64,000 nucleotides of DNA from Candidatus Oxydemutatoraceae bacterium (GCA_965220085.1 CBDCOZ010000003.1:1568001-1632000), one strand, 5' to 3'; shown: positions 13,175-30,119, counted from the stretch's first letter. Numbers and translations are program-made. Notes: a model not told the origin generated them from the letters alone.

Positions 13175-15565
13175 ATGCCTCCTTCCTTCCCCTGCATTTT
13201 TGCCAGGGTTTGCGCAACACTGTTCGCCGGTGTCTTCGCCGCGAACACCGCACACGCACAAGCCGGCCAATCCAACTGCACCCTCAACGAGGCGCTCACC
13301 CAAGTTCCCTCCGCCCAGCGCGCGCAGGTCTCCATGCAATTTGAGGCCTGCGCGGACAAGGACTGGGCGGCGCAAAAGCATTTCCTCTTCGGCGAAGGGT
13401 TCGGCTTTGACTTCTGCTACTGCAATGTCCGAGTGCTGGATGCGTCCTCGTCGAGCGAATGCGACCACCCTGCGACGACCTCCGCACTCAGCGCCACCGT
13501 GGACAACAACTTCAACCTCCACTATTACTTCGGCGCGACCCTGCAGTATCTTCCGGAGCGGACGGAGGAAAACAAGGACGCCTGCTTTGTGGCGCATTGT
13601 TTGGACGGGAAGGAGCCGTCGGGGTTTAATATGAACGGCGAAACCGAATGCGCAACGCCCTCAACGGCGGTGACGGTTCGCGCCATAGCGATGCCGGCAG
13701 AGGGCGGGAGCGCTGCCATTATGGGCGCGACCACCGCCTCGGTGATTCTCAACACCACCGCAACCATCGTCGCCACTCCGGCGGAGGGATGGTATGTCGA
13801 TCGGTGGGAAGGCGACGGCGGCGCTTGCGACGGTCAAACCGGCAGGCTCGAAGGTTTCAGGGGCGTGGACACAGACGAGAAATCTTGTTCGCTGCCCGCC
13901 AGCGCCGGACTGACTGTGACGGCGCATTTTGCGTTGGCGCGGGTGACGGTTCGCGCCATAGCGATGCCGGCGGAAGGCGGGAGCGCTGCCATTATGGGCG
14001 CGACCACCGCCTCGGTGATTTCAAACACCACCGCAACCATCGTCGCCACTCCGGCGGAGGGGTGGTATGTTGACCGATGGGAGGGGGACGGCGGGGCCTG
14101 CGCCGGACAAGTTGGCGGGTTTGGAAGTTCCGGAGCGGCGGACACGGATGAAAAATCCTGTTCGCTGGCCGCGAGCGCCGGACTGCGGGTGACGGTTCGT
14201 TTCGCGTCGGCGCTGTGCGTTTTCAGCGAACTTCCGTCGGGGCTGCAAACCGAGTTGGTCTCCCTGCAGATTGACGCGTGCAACGCGAAAGGATGGGGGG
14301 CGCAAAAGCATATTTTCGGCGGGGCGGAAGTGTGCCACTGCAACATCAATGCGTGGGACGGGAGGAGCGGCGACCCGGCCCGGCAGTCGTGTTTGGACGG
14401 CTCCCTCCCGCCGCATCGAACCTCCGGGTTTTCCTCGCTTGGAGAGACAAACTCCAACACGGTCGCCCCATTTTACTTCGGCGCGACCCTGCAGTATCTT
14501 CCGGAGCGGACGGAGGAAAACAAGGACGATTGTTTTGTGGCGCGATGTTCGGGGTTGACGGAGCCGTCGGGTTTCAACACAAACGGGGAGACGGAATGCC
14601 TCGCGGCAAGCGGGGCGATTTGCGGGGGTTTGACTCCGGCGAAAAATTTTGACGGCGTCGCCTGCGTGGAAGGTTGCGCGACGGGAGCGACATTGAATTC
14701 GGCTACGAACACTTGCGAATGCGGCACGGGCAATCCTAACGACTGCCTGACGCCGAGCGAGGCGGTTTGCGCGGAGCTGACTCCGCCGAAGTTTTTTGAC
14801 GGGTCGGATTGCGTTGATTTTGCGACTTGCGCGGGGCTGTTGACTTTGAATCGGCAGCATAACGGGTGCGAGTGCCGCGCGCCGAATGTTGGGACGGCTT
14901 CGGATTGTCGGGCGCCGAATCCGATTGTTTGCGCCGCGCCGGCGGTTCGGCATCCGACGGCGAATGTTTGCCAATGCAATGCGCCGAATGTTGGGACGGG
15001 GGCGGACTGCAAAGCGCCAAGCGCGGAGGTTTGCGCGGCGCTGAGTCCGGGGAGGTTTTTTGACGGGTCGGGCTGCGTTGATTTTGCGGAGTGCGCGGGG
15101 CTGTTGGTTTTGAATCCGGCGCGCAACGGCTGCGAGTGCCGCGCGCCGAATGTTGGGACGGCTTCGGATTGTCGGGCGCCGAATCCGATTGTTTGCGCCG
15201 CGCCGGCGGTTCGGCATCCGACGGCGAATGTTTGCCAATGCAATGCGCCGAATGTTGGGACGGGGGCGGACTGCAAAGCGCCAAGCGCGGAGGTTTGCGG
15301 GGGGCTGAGTCCGGGGAGGTTTTTTGACGGGTCGGGCTGCGTTGATTTTGCGGAGTGCGCGATGGCGGCGACATTGAATGCGGCGGCGAATACGTGCGAA
15401 TGCAACTCGCCCAACGAAGGGACGGCGCAGGATTGCAAGGCGCCGAGCGCGGAAGTGTGCGGGGATTTGACGCCGGCGAAGCGCTTTGACGGAACTGCCT
15501 GCGTCGATGCGCCCGAAGACATCAACCTGCGTCTGCGTATCTTCCTTGAGGGCCCGTTGCGATAG
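13175..15565 (+). CDS. Exported cysteine-rich repeat protein with LRLRIFLEGPLR tail
   Basis: Signal peptide MPPSFPCIFARVCATLFAGVFAANTAHA|Q; two ~140-aa Cys modules (YFGATLQYLPERTEENKD), two ~91-aa beta-rich repeats (ATPAEGWYVDRWEGD, resembling divergent InlB B repeats), 88-aa Cys-rich tandem repeats; ends INLRLRIFLEGPLR*. Alternative start 13139. Confidence 0.88.
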   Translation: MPPSFPCIFARVCATLFAGVFAANTAHAQAGQSNCTLNEALTQVPSAQRAQVSMQFEACADKDWAAQKHFLFGEGFGFDFCYCNVRVLDASSSSECDHPATTSALSATVDNNFNLHYYFGATLQYLPERTEENKDACFVAHCLDGKEPSGFNMNGETECATPSTAVTVRAIAMPAEGGSAAIMGATTASVILNTTATIVATPAEGWYVDRWEGDGGACDGQTGRLEGFRGVDTDEKSCSLPASAGLTVTAHFALARVTVRAIAMPAEGGSAAIMGATTASVISNTTATIVATPAEGWYVDRWEGDGGACAGQVGGFGSSGAADTDEKSCSLAASAGLRVTVRFASALCVFSELPSGLQTELVSLQIDACNAKGWGAQKHIFGGAEVCHCNINAWDGRSGDPARQSCLDGSLPPHRTSGFSSLGETNSNTVAPFYFGATLQYLPERTEENKDDCFVARCSGLTEPSGFNTNGETECLAASGAICGGLTPAKNFDGVACVEGCATGATLNSATNTCECGTGNPNDCLTPSEAVCAELTPPKFFDGSDCVDFATCAGLLTLNRQHNGCECRAPNVGTASDCRAPNPIVCAAPAVRHPTANVCQCNAPNVGTGADCKAPSAEVCAALSPGRFFDGSGCVDFAECAGLLVLNPARNGCECRAPNVGTASDCRAPNPIVCAAPAVRHPTANVCQCNAPNVGTGADCKAPSAEVCGGLSPGRFFDGSGCVDFAECAMAATLNAAANTCECNSPNEGTAQDCKAPSAEVCGDLTPAKRFDGTACVDAPEDINLRLRIFLEGPLR
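14790..15360 (+). repeat. Intragenic 264-bp near-perfect tandem repeat (88 aa)
   Basis: GACGGGTCGG anchor at 14798, 15062 and 15326. Confidence 0.9.
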
Positions 15566-15790
15566 CCGGCATCACTCCGCTCAAGCCGCCGGCGCGTCCC
15601 GTTTGCTTCCTTCGTCGCATGGGTTTCTTGAACAGCGGTCTGCGGGTGCGGCCGACTGCGGCGCGGCAAGGGAGGGCTACCCGCCGCTCACCGTGTAAAA
15701 ACGGCAAGATGCCGTTTTACAACGGCTGCTCATCATCGGCTAGGCGGCGCGTATACGCCGCGGGGGCTTTATCGCCCGAGCGGAGGGCCC

Positions 15791-19987
<4,197 letters not shown>

Positions 19988-20024
19988 TTGTAATCAACTC
20001 CTTAAGTAATCGGGCGCGGCGGCA

Positions 20025-23000
20025 TTAAGTGTCTTCGCTGCTTCGCATATCAATATTGAGTCCGAGCGAACGGATCTCTTTCATCAAAACATTGAACGAC
20101 TCCGGCAGGCCAAACTCGGTGCTCTGCTCCCCGTTAACGATGCCTTTATACATCTTATTGCGGCCCCTCGTGTCGTCAGACTTCACAGTCAGCATCTCTT
20201 GCAACACATGCGCCGCGCCGTAGGCTTTCAGCGCCCACACTTCCATCTCGCCAAAACGCTGGCCGCCAAACTGGGCTTTGCCGCCGAGCGGTTGCTGCGT
20301 GATCATGCTGTAGGGGCCGGTCGAGCGGGCGTGCATCTTGTCGTCCACCAGGTGGTTGAGCTTCATGATGTACATATAGCCGACCGTCACCGGATGATCA
20401 AACGGATCGCCCGATCGTCCGTCGTATAGTACCGCTTGTCCGGACTCCGGCAGGCCGGCGAGTTTGAGCAGCCCTTTGATTTCCTTTTCGCTGGCGCCGT
20501 CAAATACCGGCGTTGCAATCGGCAGGCCGGCGCGCAAATTATTCGCCAAGGTGATGACCTCATCGTCGTCCAGCTTTTTCAGGTCTTCTTTTCTCACACC
20601 GTCGCCGTAGTCATATATCTCTTGCACAAAACTGCGGAGCTCGCCGACTTCCGCCTGTCGATCAAGCATCTCTCCGATCTTCAAACCCAAGCCGCGGGCG
20701 GCCCAACCCAGATGGGTTTCGAGTACCTGTCCGACATTCATACGCGAAGGCACGCCCAAGGGGTTGAGAACAATATCCACCGGCGTGCCGTCTTCCATAT
20801 ACGGCATGTCCTCAACCGGCGCGACCCTTGACACAACGCCCTTGTTGCCGTGCCGGCCCGCGAGTTTGTCGCCGGCTTGCAAACGGCGCTTGACCGCCAG
20901 ATATACCTTGACGATCTTTAAGATATCGGGAGCCATTTCGTCTCCGGCCTGCAAACGCTTGCGCTTGCTTGCAAAATCTTTCTCCGAGCGGCGGGTCTGT
21001 TCCTCCAACTGCCTGGCGAACTTTTCCAGTTGCTTGCTCACCGCATCATTGCGCATGCGGATATCAAACCATTTCTCGCGCTTGATACTATTCAGATACG
21101 CTTCGTTGATCTGCGTGGCGGAAGTCAGGCCGTTCGGCCCTTTGTCCGCAATCTTATTAGTGAGGAGTTTAGCGACGCGGGCATAGACATCGTCCTCATA
21201 GATACGCAACTCGTCTTTCATGTCCTTGCGCAGTCTTTTGATCTCATCTGTCTCAATCCACTTGGCGCGCTCGTCCTTGTCCATGCCGGTGCGAGTCAGC
21301 ACTCTGACATCGATGACCGTGCCTTCCATGCCGGAAGAAACCCGCAACGAATTGTCTTTTACATCGGCCGCCTTCTGACCGAAGATGGCCCGCAACAGGC
21401 TCTCTTCCGGGGTGACATGCGCCTCGCCTTTCGGCGTCACTTTGCCGACCAAGATGTCTCCCGATTTCACCACCGCGCCGACGCGGATAATCCCGCACTC
21501 ATCCAAGTTTGCAAGCAGGCTTTCGCTGATGTTCGGAATGTCCGCGGTGACTTCCTCGTTGCCCATCTTTGTCACGCGGGCGGTGCACGTCAGCTCTTCT
21601 ATATGAATCGTGGTAAAGCAATCTTCTTCGACCGCTTTCTCGGAAATGAGAATGGAGTCTTCAAAGTTGTATCCGTTCCACGGCATAAAAGCGATCAGCA
21701 TGTTTTGTCCCAGCGCCAACTCGCCGCGGTCGGTGGAAGAACCGTCGGCCAGCACATCGCCTTTCTCAATCATATCGCCGGGCGAAACCAGCGGCGACTG
21801 ATTGACACAGGTGTTCTGGTTGGAGCGGGTGTATTTGATCAGTTTGTAAATATCAACCCCCGCTTCGTCGTGCTGTGTTTCTTCGTCATTGACCCGCACG
21901 ACGATGCGCGACGCGTCCACGCTATCGACTACTCCGCCGCGTTGCGCCACCAGAGTCGCGCCGGAGTTAGACGCGACAAACTTTTCCATGCCGGTACCAA
22001 TCAGGGGTTTCTCGCTGATTAGAGTGGGCACCGCCTGGCGTTGCATATTGGAGCCCATCAACGCGCGGTTGGCATCGTCGTGCTCTAGGAACGGAATCAG
22101 GGCGGTCGCGATTGAAACGATTTGCCGCGGCGAGATATCCATGTACTCAACCTTATCGGGCGCGGACAACATGGACTCGTTTTGCTTGCGACAGGAGACT
22201 ATCTCGTCTATCAGATTGCCTTTGGTATCCACTTTTGTGTTGGCTTGCGCGATGGTATATTGGCCTTCTTCGATCGCCGACAAGTACTCGACTTTATTGG
22301 TCAGGCGCCCCTTGTTTACTTTCAGGTACGGCGTCTCCAAAAAGCCGTGATGGTTCGGTTGCGCATAGGTCGCCAACGAGTTTATCAGGCCGATGTTCGG
22401 GCCTTCCGGAGTCTCAATCGGGCATAGTCTTCCATAGTGTGTCGGGTGCACATCGCGCACTTCAAAGCTGGCCCGCTCGCGCGTCAGACCGCCCGGCCCC
22501 AGCGCCGATATCCTGCGCTTGTGGGTAATCTCGGACAGCGGGTTGTTCTGGTCCATAAATTGGGACAGTTGGCTGGAGCCGAAGAATTCCTTCACCGATG
22601 CCGTAACCGGCTTGGCGTTGATCAACTCCTGCGGCATCAAGTTTTCCGCCTCGGCCGAGGTCAGGCGCTCCCGCACGACCCGCTCTATTCTCAACAAACC
22701 CGTGTGTACGGCATTCTCAACCATCTCGCCGACACAGCGCACACGGCGGTTGCCGAGATGATCGATGTCATCGACCGTGTCCTTGCCATTGCGGATGGCG
22801 ATCAATACTTTGAGCACATCGACAATATCCTGCTTGTCGAGCGTGCCTCTGATCTCCTCTTTTGTCTCGCGTCCGATCCGGCTGTTGAACTTCATGCGTC
22901 CGATTTCGGACAGGTTGTAACGTTCCGGACTCATGAAGATGCTGTTGAAAAGCGCTTCGGCCGCATCTTTGGACGGCGGTTCTCCCGGCCGCATCATTTT

Positions 23001-24143
23001 GTAAATATCCACTTTTGCGTTGGCTTCTTTTTCCTCGTACTTTTGGGTCGAATGGGTGTTTGACTCCAATCGCAGGGTCAGGGAGATAAAGGGGCCGTAA
23101 TCGATCTCGTTGGTATATATGGTCTTGAAGGTTTTCACTTTCGCCTGCGCCATACGTTCCAGAATCTCGGCGGTGATTTCATCGTTAGCCGATACGACTA
23201 CCTCGCCGGTCTTCTTGTCCACGATGTCGTGCGCCAGCGTCTTGCCGACGATGTAATCCGCCGGCACTTGTATCACCGATATCTTCGCTTCCTTGAGCTT
23301 CTTTACGTGGGCGGCTGTGACCCTGCGCCCGGCCTCCACCAAAACTTTTCTGCCGACGACGATGTTAAATTGCAGTATCTCTCCTCGCAGACGCTCCGGT
23401 ATGATGCGCAACTTGTAGATCCCGGCGCTGTAAGCGATGCGATCGGTATCAAAAAAGGTATCCAAGATTTCCTCGTCGCTCATCCCCATCGCATGGAGCA
23501 AAACCGATGCCGGCAACTTGCGGCGGCGGTCTATGCGTACGAACAGGCAATCCTTGGGATCAAATTCAAAATCCAACCAGGAACCGAAGTAAGGAATGAT
23601 GCGAGCGGAGTATAAGACCTTGCCGGAAGAGTGCGTCTTGCCTTTATCGTGCTCAAAAAACACGCCCGGCGAACGGTGTAATTGCGATACCACGACGCGC
23701 TCTGTGCCGTTGATAATAAAGGAACCGGTATCTGTCATCAGCGGTAATTCGCCGAGGTAGACTTCTTGTTCCTTCATTTCGCCGGTGGGGCGGGGACGGT
23801 CTTTGTCGCGCTTCTTATCCATCAGCACCAAGCGTAATTGCACTTTCAGCGATGCGGCATAACTGCGTCCGCGCATCTTGCATTCCCGTACGGTGAGCTC
23901 CGAATCGCTCAATTCATAACCCAAGTATTGAAGCTCGGCGTTGCCGGAACTGCTGACGATCGGGAAAACAGAATCCAGCGCTCCGTGCAAGCCCTTTTTC
24001 TTGCGCTTTTCATGCGCTATCCCTTTCTGCAGAAAGTTCTTGTACGCATCGAGTTGCATCTGTAGCATGTCGGGCACCTCAAGCCTTTCGACTTGTCTGC
24101 CAAACTTTTTGCGAATCCGCTTTCTCTCGGTGAAGTTATACAC
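20025..24143 (-). CDS. rpoB: RNA polymerase beta subunit
   Basis: [50 protein letters not shown]. Confidence 0.99.
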   Translation of the reverse strand: MYNFTERKRIRKKFGRQVERLEVPDMLQMQLDAYKNFLQKGIAHEKRKKKGLHGALDSVFPIVSSSGNAELQYLGYELSDSELTVRECKMRGRSYAASLKVQLRLVLMDKKRDKDRPRPTGEMKEQEVYLGELPLMTDTGSFIINGTERVVVSQLHRSPGVFFEHDKGKTHSSGKVLYSARIIPYFGSWLDFEFDPKDCLFVRIDRRRKLPASVLLHAMGMSDEEILDTFFDTDRIAYSAGIYKLRIIPERLRGEILQFNIVVGRKVLVEAGRRVTAAHVKKLKEAKISVIQVPADYIVGKTLAHDIVDKKTGEVVVSANDEITAEILERMAQAKVKTFKTIYTNEIDYGPFISLTLRLESNTHSTQKYEEKEANAKVDIYKMMRPGEPPSKDAAEALFNSIFMSPERYNLSEIGRMKFNSRIGRETKEEIRGTLDKQDIVDVLKVLIAIRNGKDTVDDIDHLGNRRVRCVGEMVENAVHTGLLRIERVVRERLTSAEAENLMPQELINAKPVTASVKEFFGSSQLSQFMDQNNPLSEITHKRRISALGPGGLTRERASFEVRDVHPTHYGRLCPIETPEGPNIGLINSLATYAQPNHHGFLETPYLKVNKGRLTNKVEYLSAIEEGQYTIAQANTKVDTKGNLIDEIVSCRKQNESMLSAPDKVEYMDISPRQIVSIATALIPFLEHDDANRALMGSNMQRQAVPTLISEKPLIGTGMEKFVASNSGATLVAQRGGVVDSVDASRIVVRVNDEETQHDEAGVDIYKLIKYTRSNQNTCVNQSPLVSPGDMIEKGDVLADGSSTDRGELALGQNMLIAFMPWNGYNFEDSILISEKAVEEDCFTTIHIEELTCTARVTKMGNEEVTADIPNISESLLANLDECGIIRVGAVVKSGDILVGKVTPKGEAHVTPEESLLRAIFGQKAADVKDNSLRVSSGMEGTVIDVRVLTRTGMDKDERAKWIETDEIKRLRKDMKDELRIYEDDVYARVAKLLTNKIADKGPNGLTSATQINEAYLNSIKREKWFDIRMRNDAVSKQLEKFARQLEEQTRRSEKDFASKRKRLQAGDEMAPDILKIVKVYLAVKRRLQAGDKLAGRHGNKGVVSRVAPVEDMPYMEDGTPVDIVLNPLGVPSRMNVGQVLETHLGWAARGLGLKIGEMLDRQAEVGELRSFVQEIYDYGDGVRKEDLKKLDDDEVITLANNLRAGLPIATPVFDGASEKEIKGLLKLAGLPESGQAVLYDGRSGDPFDHPVTVGYMYIMKLNHLVDDKMHARSTGPYSMITQQPLGGKAQFGGQRFGEMEVWALKAYGAAHVLQEMLTVKSDDTRGRNKMYKGIVNGEQSTEFGLPESFNVLMKEIRSLGLNIDMRSSEDT

Positions 24144-24241
24144 TTTTATGCCACTCCTTTAACACGTATGAACGATGCTCTCAGGCAAATAGAAACCCGC
24201 GCCGGCGCCGCGTAGGCCCGGATTAATTGCTATGTGCCCGC

Positions 24242-24616
24242 TCACTTGAGCTCAACAGATGCGCCCGCTTCTTCAAGCTGCTTCTTGATTGCTTCCGCTT
24301 CTTCTTTGGTCGCGCCCTCTTTGACAACGGACGGAGCGCCTTCGACCATCTCCTTGGCTTCCTTGAGGCCAAGACCGGTAATGCTGCGAACAACCTTGAT
24401 AACGCCGACCTTGCTGTCTCCAAAACCGCTGAGGGTGACGTCAAAGCTGTCTTTTTCTTCCGCTTCCGCCGCCGCGGCCGCGGCCGCCGCCGGCGCCGCC
24501 GCAACCGCCGCCGCCGTCACACCAAACTTTTCTTCCATTGCGGAAACAAGATCGACGACATCCATCACCGACATTTCGGAAATGGCATCAATTATATTTT
24601 CCTTTGATAAAGACAT
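24242..24616 (-). CDS. rplL: 50S ribosomal protein L7/L12
   Basis: [10 protein letters not shown] hinge, [12 protein letters not shown]. Confidence 0.98.
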   Translation of the reverse strand: MSLSKENIIDAISEMSVMDVVDLVSAMEEKFGVTAAAVAAAPAAAAAAAAEAEEKDSFDVTLSGFGDSKVGVIKVVRSITGLGLKEAKEMVEGAPSVVKEGATKEEAEAIKKQLEEAGASVELK

Positions 24617-24641
24617 AATATTTCTCCTGTTAAGTTAATTC

Positions 24642-25178
24642 TTATGATTTCTCATGATCCCGCTTTTGCATACGCACCGCATCTATGGTACGTGCCAACT
24701 TCGCAGTCGGAGCGGCTAAAATTCTGGCCAATTGCGCGATGGGTTCTTTCATGACCGCCAATAATATGGCCAAGGCTTGTTCGCGGTTCGGCAGGCTCGC
24801 CAAGCGACCGATCTCCGATAGGTCGCGCAATTCTCCGTTAAACGAGATGACCTTGGCTTCAATCCCTTCGTTGGCTTTGGCAAACGTGTGAATCACCCGC
24901 GCCGCGGCGGCGGGTTCCTCGTTTGAGAAAAACAGCGCCAGAGGACCCTTCAATTCGTCCGTCATGCACTCGTAAGGCGTGTCCGACAGGGCCTTTCTGG
25001 CCAGAGTGTTCTTGACGATACACACCGAGACGCCGTCTTCGCGCGCCTGCTTGCGCAATTGATTCATTTGATTGGCGGTCATGCTTTGGTAATCCGCCGC
25101 CAGAGCAAGCGAGGCATGCTTTGCCATAGTCGAAACCTTGTCAACTATCATTTGCTTTTTTTCCAGATTCGTCGTCAT
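24642..25178 (-). CDS. rplJ: 50S ribosomal protein L10
   Basis: LRKQARE...VKNTLARKA...LASLPNREQAL; between rplA and rplL. Confidence 0.95.
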   Translation of the reverse strand: MTTNLEKKQMIVDKVSTMAKHASLALAADYQSMTANQMNQLRKQAREDGVSVCIVKNTLARKALSDTPYECMTDELKGPLALFFSNEEPAAAARVIHTFAKANEGIEAKVISFNGELRDLSEIGRLASLPNREQALAILLAVMKEPIAQLARILAAPTAKLARTIDAVRMQKRDHEKS

Positions 25179-25182
25179 TTCC

Positions 25183-25878
25183 TTAGCTCCGAAGCACAGA
25201 CTGATCGATCTTTAAGCCGGGGCCCATGGTTGAAGACACGACGAGCTTTTTCATGTATGTCCCTTTTGCCGAAGCCGGCTTTGAGTCCCATATGTGAGAA
25301 ATCAATGCGCCGAGGTTCTCTTCCAATTTGTCATTGTCAAAATCCAAGCGGCCGATACTGCAATGAATAATCCCCGCTTTGTCCGTGCGATACCTCGCCT
25401 GCCCGGTTTTTGCGGAGCGCACCGCGTTGGCAATATCTTGGGTTACCGTTCCGTCTTTCGGGTTGGGCATCAGTCCGCGCGGGCCGAGAACCTGTCCGAC
25501 TTTTCCGATCGACGGCATCGCATCCGGCGATGCGATGACGACATCCCAATCAAAATTTCCCGCCTCAACTTTTTTAACCAACTCCTCAAGACCGACGTCA
25601 TCCGCGCCCGCCTGCTGTGCCGCATCGACCAACTCCCCTTGCGCAAACACCGCCACTTTGATCGCCTTGCCCAAGCCGTGCGGCAAATCGCCGGAGCCGC
25701 GCACGACCTGATCGCTTTTGCGGGAATCCACGCCGAGCTTGATGCTGACATCCACCGATTCGGAAAATTTGGCCTTCGGACATTGCTTCAACAAAGAAAA
25801 AGCTTCGTCGGGCGCATATTGCTTGTCCTCCCGGCATAGTTCTAAGATCGCTTTGCGTCGCTTGGATAGTTTTGCCAT
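25183..25878 (-). CDS. rplA: 50S ribosomal protein L1
   Basis: LGVDSRKSDQVVRG...LGPRGLMPNPKDGTVT...SSTMGPG. Confidence 0.98.
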   Translation of the reverse strand: MAKLSKRRKAILELCREDKQYAPDEAFSLLKQCPKAKFSESVDVSIKLGVDSRKSDQVVRGSGDLPHGLGKAIKVAVFAQGELVDAAQQAGADDVGLEELVKKVEAGNFDWDVVIASPDAMPSIGKVGQVLGPRGLMPNPKDGTVTQDIANAVRSAKTGQARYRTDKAGIIHCSIGRLDFDNDKLEENLGALISHIWDSKPASAKGTYMKKLVVSSTMGPGLKIDQSVLRS

Positions 25879-26318
25879 TACCGTACCCCCTCCGTTTCAA
25901 TACCCATGCTGCGCGCGCTGCCGGCAATCGTTCTCACGGCATTATCCATATCAACCGCCGTCAAATCGGCGCTTTTCAATTTCACGATCTCTTCCAATTG
26001 CGCGCGGGTTACTTTGCCGACTTTTTCAATGTTCGGCGTACCGCTCGCTTTTGTGACCCCGGCCGCCTTCTTCAGCAACGCCGATGCGGGCGGAGATTTT
26101 ATTACAAACGAGAAGCTCCTGTCATCATATGCGCTGATGACTACCGGCACCGGCATCCCCTTCTCAAGATCTTTGCTCCGCTCGTTGAACGACTTGCAGA
26201 ATTCCTGAATATTCAGGCCGTGCTGTCCCAACGCCGGGCCTATCGGCGGGGCCGGGTCGGCGGCGCCCGCGGGCACTTGCAACTTAATCACTACTTCCGC
26301 TTGTTTCGGCGCGGCCAT
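25878..26318 (-). CDS. rplK: 50S ribosomal protein L11
   Basis: [23 protein letters not shown]...IAGSARSMG. Confidence 0.98.
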   Translation of the reverse strand: MAAPKQAEVVIKLQVPAGAADPAPPIGPALGQHGLNIQEFCKSFNERSKDLEKGMPVPVVISAYDDRSFSFVIKSPPASALLKKAAGVTKASGTPNIEKVGKVTRAQLEEIVKLKSADLTAVDMDNAVRTIAGSARSMGIETEGVR

Positions 26319-26857
26319 CAGCTTTTCTCCACTTGAGTAAAATCCAATTCGACAGGTGTCGAACGACCAAAAATCTGCACCAATACCAGCAACTTGCTCT
26401 TTTCATAATTGACTTCTTCCACCATGCCGCTGAAGTCATTAAACGGGCCGTCGGTGACACGCACCTCCTCGCCCGCTTCAAACAGTATTTCCGGCCCGAC
26501 TTTGCTGCTGCCTTCGCTCATCCGCTTCTGAATGTTGGCGATTTCCGCATCGCTGAGCGGACGCGGGCGCAGATTATTCTCCATAGAGGCGCCGACAAAA
26601 CCGACTACGCGCGGCACATTCTTAATCAAATGCCAGGTGTCGTCATCCATTTCCATCCTCACCAAAACATAGCCCGGAAAAAACTTGCGTTCCGCTTTGC
26701 GCTTCTTCCCTGCCTTCATTTCGACTATTTGTTCCTGCGGTATCATGACTTCTGTAATCTTGTCCTGGACATTGTTTTGCGCCACGCGGTCTTCAAGAGA
26801 ACGCTTGACTTGCTTTTCATATCCGGAATATGTCGATACGGCATACCAAGCTAACAT
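26318..26857 (-). CDS. nusG: Transcription termination/antitermination factor NusG
   Basis: [11 protein letters not shown]...FFPGYVLV...KOW motif [11 protein letters not shown]...[10 protein letters not shown]; start trimmed to ATG 26857. Confidence 0.97.
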   Translation of the reverse strand: MLAWYAVSTYSGYEKQVKRSLEDRVAQNNVQDKITEVMIPQEQIVEMKAGKKRKAERKFFPGYVLVRMEMDDDTWHLIKNVPRVVGFVGASMENNLRPRPLSDAEIANIQKRMSEGSSKVGPEILFEAGEEVRVTDGPFNDFSGMVEEVNYEKSKLLVLVQIFGRSTPVELDFTQVEKS

Positions 26858-26865
26858 CGCGCCAA

Positions 26866-27237
26866 TTACCGGATCACCATCTGCATGAACCATGCAAGAA
26901 GCAGATCCAGCATCCACAAAAAAATGGCAATTACAAAAATGGCGGCGAATACTATCAGTACCGAATGCAAGGTTTCGGTCTTGGTCGGCCATACCATTTT
27001 CTGCAACTCAACACGCGAACCGCGCAGAAATTCGGCGGTCTCTCTTCCTTTCATAGTCATGAAGAAAAGTACCGCGGCAATGATGACCGCGCCAAAAACG
27101 GACATCACGCGATAAAAAAGATCGTTCTCGTCAAGCGTATAAAAAAGCGCGATGCCGGCCGCCAGCGACAAGCCGGCCGCCGCCATCTTTAGCGTATCTT
27201 GCAACGAGTTGTTCGGTGTTGTCTTCTCGGCAGCCAT
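26866..27237 (-). CDS. secE: Preprotein translocase subunit SecE
   Basis: Three hydrophobic segments, ELQKMVWPT motif, located between tRNA-Trp and nusG. Confidence 0.95.
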   Translation of the reverse strand: MAAEKTTPNNSLQDTLKMAAAGLSLAAGIALFYTLDENDLFYRVMSVFGAVIIAAVLFFMTMKGRETAEFLRGSRVELQKMVWPTKTETLHSVLIVFAAIFVIAIFLWMLDLLLAWFMQMVIR

Positions 27238-27260
27238 CACATTCCGTCCCGACTCAAGTG

Positions 27261-27337
<77 letters not shown>

Positions 27338-27395
27338 AATCAGGCACACAATATATGAGTACGGATACATAAACCTTTAACGAATAGAAAATAAC

Positions 27396-28586
<1,191 letters not shown>

Positions 28587-28626
28587 GATTATTTCCTGTT
28601 AATATTAAGTTCAAAATTTCAGGCGG

Positions 28627-28698
28627 AGCCCATAACCGGGATTGAACCGGTGACCTCTTCCTTACCAAGGAAGCGCTCTACCGCTGAGCTATATGGGC
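28627..28698 (-). tRNA. tRNA-Thr (GGT)
   Basis: GCCCATATAGCTCAG...CTTGGTAAG...GTTCAATCC; CCA not encoded. Confidence 0.94.
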
Positions 28699-28741
28699 AC
28701 ATGCCATCTCCGCAAAGTATCGCACTTATCCTGTTAGCCAG

Positions 28742-28812
28742 AGCGGGTGAGCGGGATCGAACCGCCATCATCAGCTTGGAAGGCTGAGGTTCTGCCATTG
28801 AACTACACCCGC
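28742..28812 (-). tRNA. tRNA-Gly (TCC)
   Basis: GCGGGTGTAGTTCAATGG...CTTCCAAG...GTTCGATCC. Confidence 0.94.
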
Positions 28813-28886
28813 TAATGAGTTACGCTTCAAAATACCAATGCTCACTGCCATTCTCGCTATTTTATCCGCTGCTTGCCTCCTCACAA

Positions 28887-28968
28887 TGGAGGGGGTAGGA
28901 TTCGAACCTACGAAGGCAAAGCCAGCAGATTTACAGTCTGCCCCCGTTGACCGCTTGGGTACCCCTCC
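28887..28968 (-). tRNA. tRNA-Tyr (GTA)
   Basis: GGAGGGGTACCCAAGCGG...CTGTAAA, long variable arm, GTTCGAATCC. Confidence 0.94.
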
Positions 28969-28983
28969 GCCAGTCAATCCGAT

Positions 28984-29012
28984 ATTATCGCATTATCGGA
29001 TATAGTCGTCAA
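28984..29012 (-). promoter_or_regulatory. sigma70-type promoter of the tRNA-tuf operon
   Basis: Minus strand TTGACG-N17-GATAAT just upstream of tRNA-Tyr. Confidence 0.6.
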
Positions 29013-29155
29013 ATGATTTTTCATCTATCGCAGGTTTGGGAGGCGACACCGCGCAATATAGCCCTCGCCGGCGGGAAAAGTTCCGCAATATTCAAGGCGT
29101 TACAAGGGCCATCGGGCCGCTTGTCCTCGCTGCGGCATGGCCGACGCCATAGCGC

Positions 29156-29653
29156 TCAGGCGGCAATGCTTCCGGCCTCGTGCCTGAGCAACCACGCTTT
29201 GACCCTGCCGGCGCGCGCGCCGTCGCTGCCGCAATAATGTCCCGGCCAGCGATTCGCAGCAGAAGGAATAACCCGGTGACACGGGATGATAATTGGCGCC
29301 GGGTTGGCGCGACACGCTCCGCCGACCGCTCGCGGATGATTTTTAATGCGGTCGGCCAATTGCCGATAGGTCAGAACATCTCCCGCGGATGTTTTTCTCA
29401 GTTGACTCCAAACGCGAGAGCGAAATGGCGTCGCGCAATCGATATCTAATTGCACCGCAAACTTCCATTGCGGATTTTTAAAGTAGCTATTCAGTTGCGC
29501 GGATAACAACTCCTCGGTTTCGCTTGCAACGCTCAGACGCTCCTTGCCGGTCATTCTCTCGACAAAACGCAATCCGGTCACTTTGGATGACCGGATACTT
29601 ACGGCGAGGAGCCCGAGCGGAGATTCCACATGAAAGACGCCGGCGACTGCCAT
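29156..29653 (-). CDS. ogt: Methylated-DNA--protein-cysteine methyltransferase
   Basis: RAVGGACRANP...IPCHRV active site; start uncertain because the longer ORF overlaps tRNA-Pro. Confidence 0.9.
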   Translation of the reverse strand: MAVAGVFHVESPLGLLAVSIRSSKVTGLRFVERMTGKERLSVASETEELLSAQLNSYFKNPQWKFAVQLDIDCATPFRSRVWSQLRKTSAGDVLTYRQLADRIKNHPRAVGGACRANPAPIIIPCHRVIPSAANRWPGHYCGSDGARAGRVKAWLLRHEAGSIAA

Positions 29654-29686
29654 CACGCGATGCGCCGGCGCGCGCTGTTCAAGCAT

Positions 29687-29763
29687 TGGTCGGGGTGAGA
29701 GGATTTGAACCTCTGACCACCGCAACCCCATTGCGGTGCGCTACCAGACTGCGCCACACCCCG
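29687..29763 (-). tRNA. tRNA-Pro (GGG)
   Basis: CGGGGTGTGGCGCAG...ATGGGGT loop...GTTCAAATCC...ACCA. Confidence 0.93.
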
Positions 29764-29768
29764 ATATC

Positions 29769-30119
29769 TCATTTGAGTATTTCCAGAATATCTTCAAGTT
29801 CTTCTCTAATGCCGCTGATCAATACGCGATTGCCGGAGGGCTCTTCGTCCCTTGCTCTCTGTTGCATTTTCTTTTGGGCGCCGTCTATTGTGTATTTCTT
29901 CTCCCGCAACAACATGTAAATGGTGCGTATCGTATTGAGGTCTTCCGACTGGTAAAACCGGCGCCCGCCTCTGCGTACGGGTTTTAGCTGCGTGAAAATA
30001 CTTTCCCAGTAACGCAGGACATGCGGCTCAATATCGCACCACTTGCTGACTTCCCCGATAGTCAAATAACGCTTATCAGGGATCCGTGGAAAACTGCTCT
30101 TGCTCCTCTCCTCCGCCAT
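29769..30119 (-). CDS. MerR-family HTH regulator
   Basis: [13 protein letters not shown]...HVLRYWE...RRFY; usual position after ihfA. Confidence 0.92.
   Translation of the reverse strand: MAEERSKSSFPRIPDKRYLTIGEVSKWCDIEPHVLRYWESIFTQLKPVRRGGRRFYQSEDLNTIRTIYMLLREKKYTIDGAQKKMQQRARDEEPSGNRVLISGIREELEDILEILK

Noticed and set aside
10430-15565. Tagged genes as integron cassettes or DGR targets
   Set aside because: No integrase or reverse transcriptase, no recognisable attC structure, and no template/variable repeat pair with adenine-specific differences in the window.
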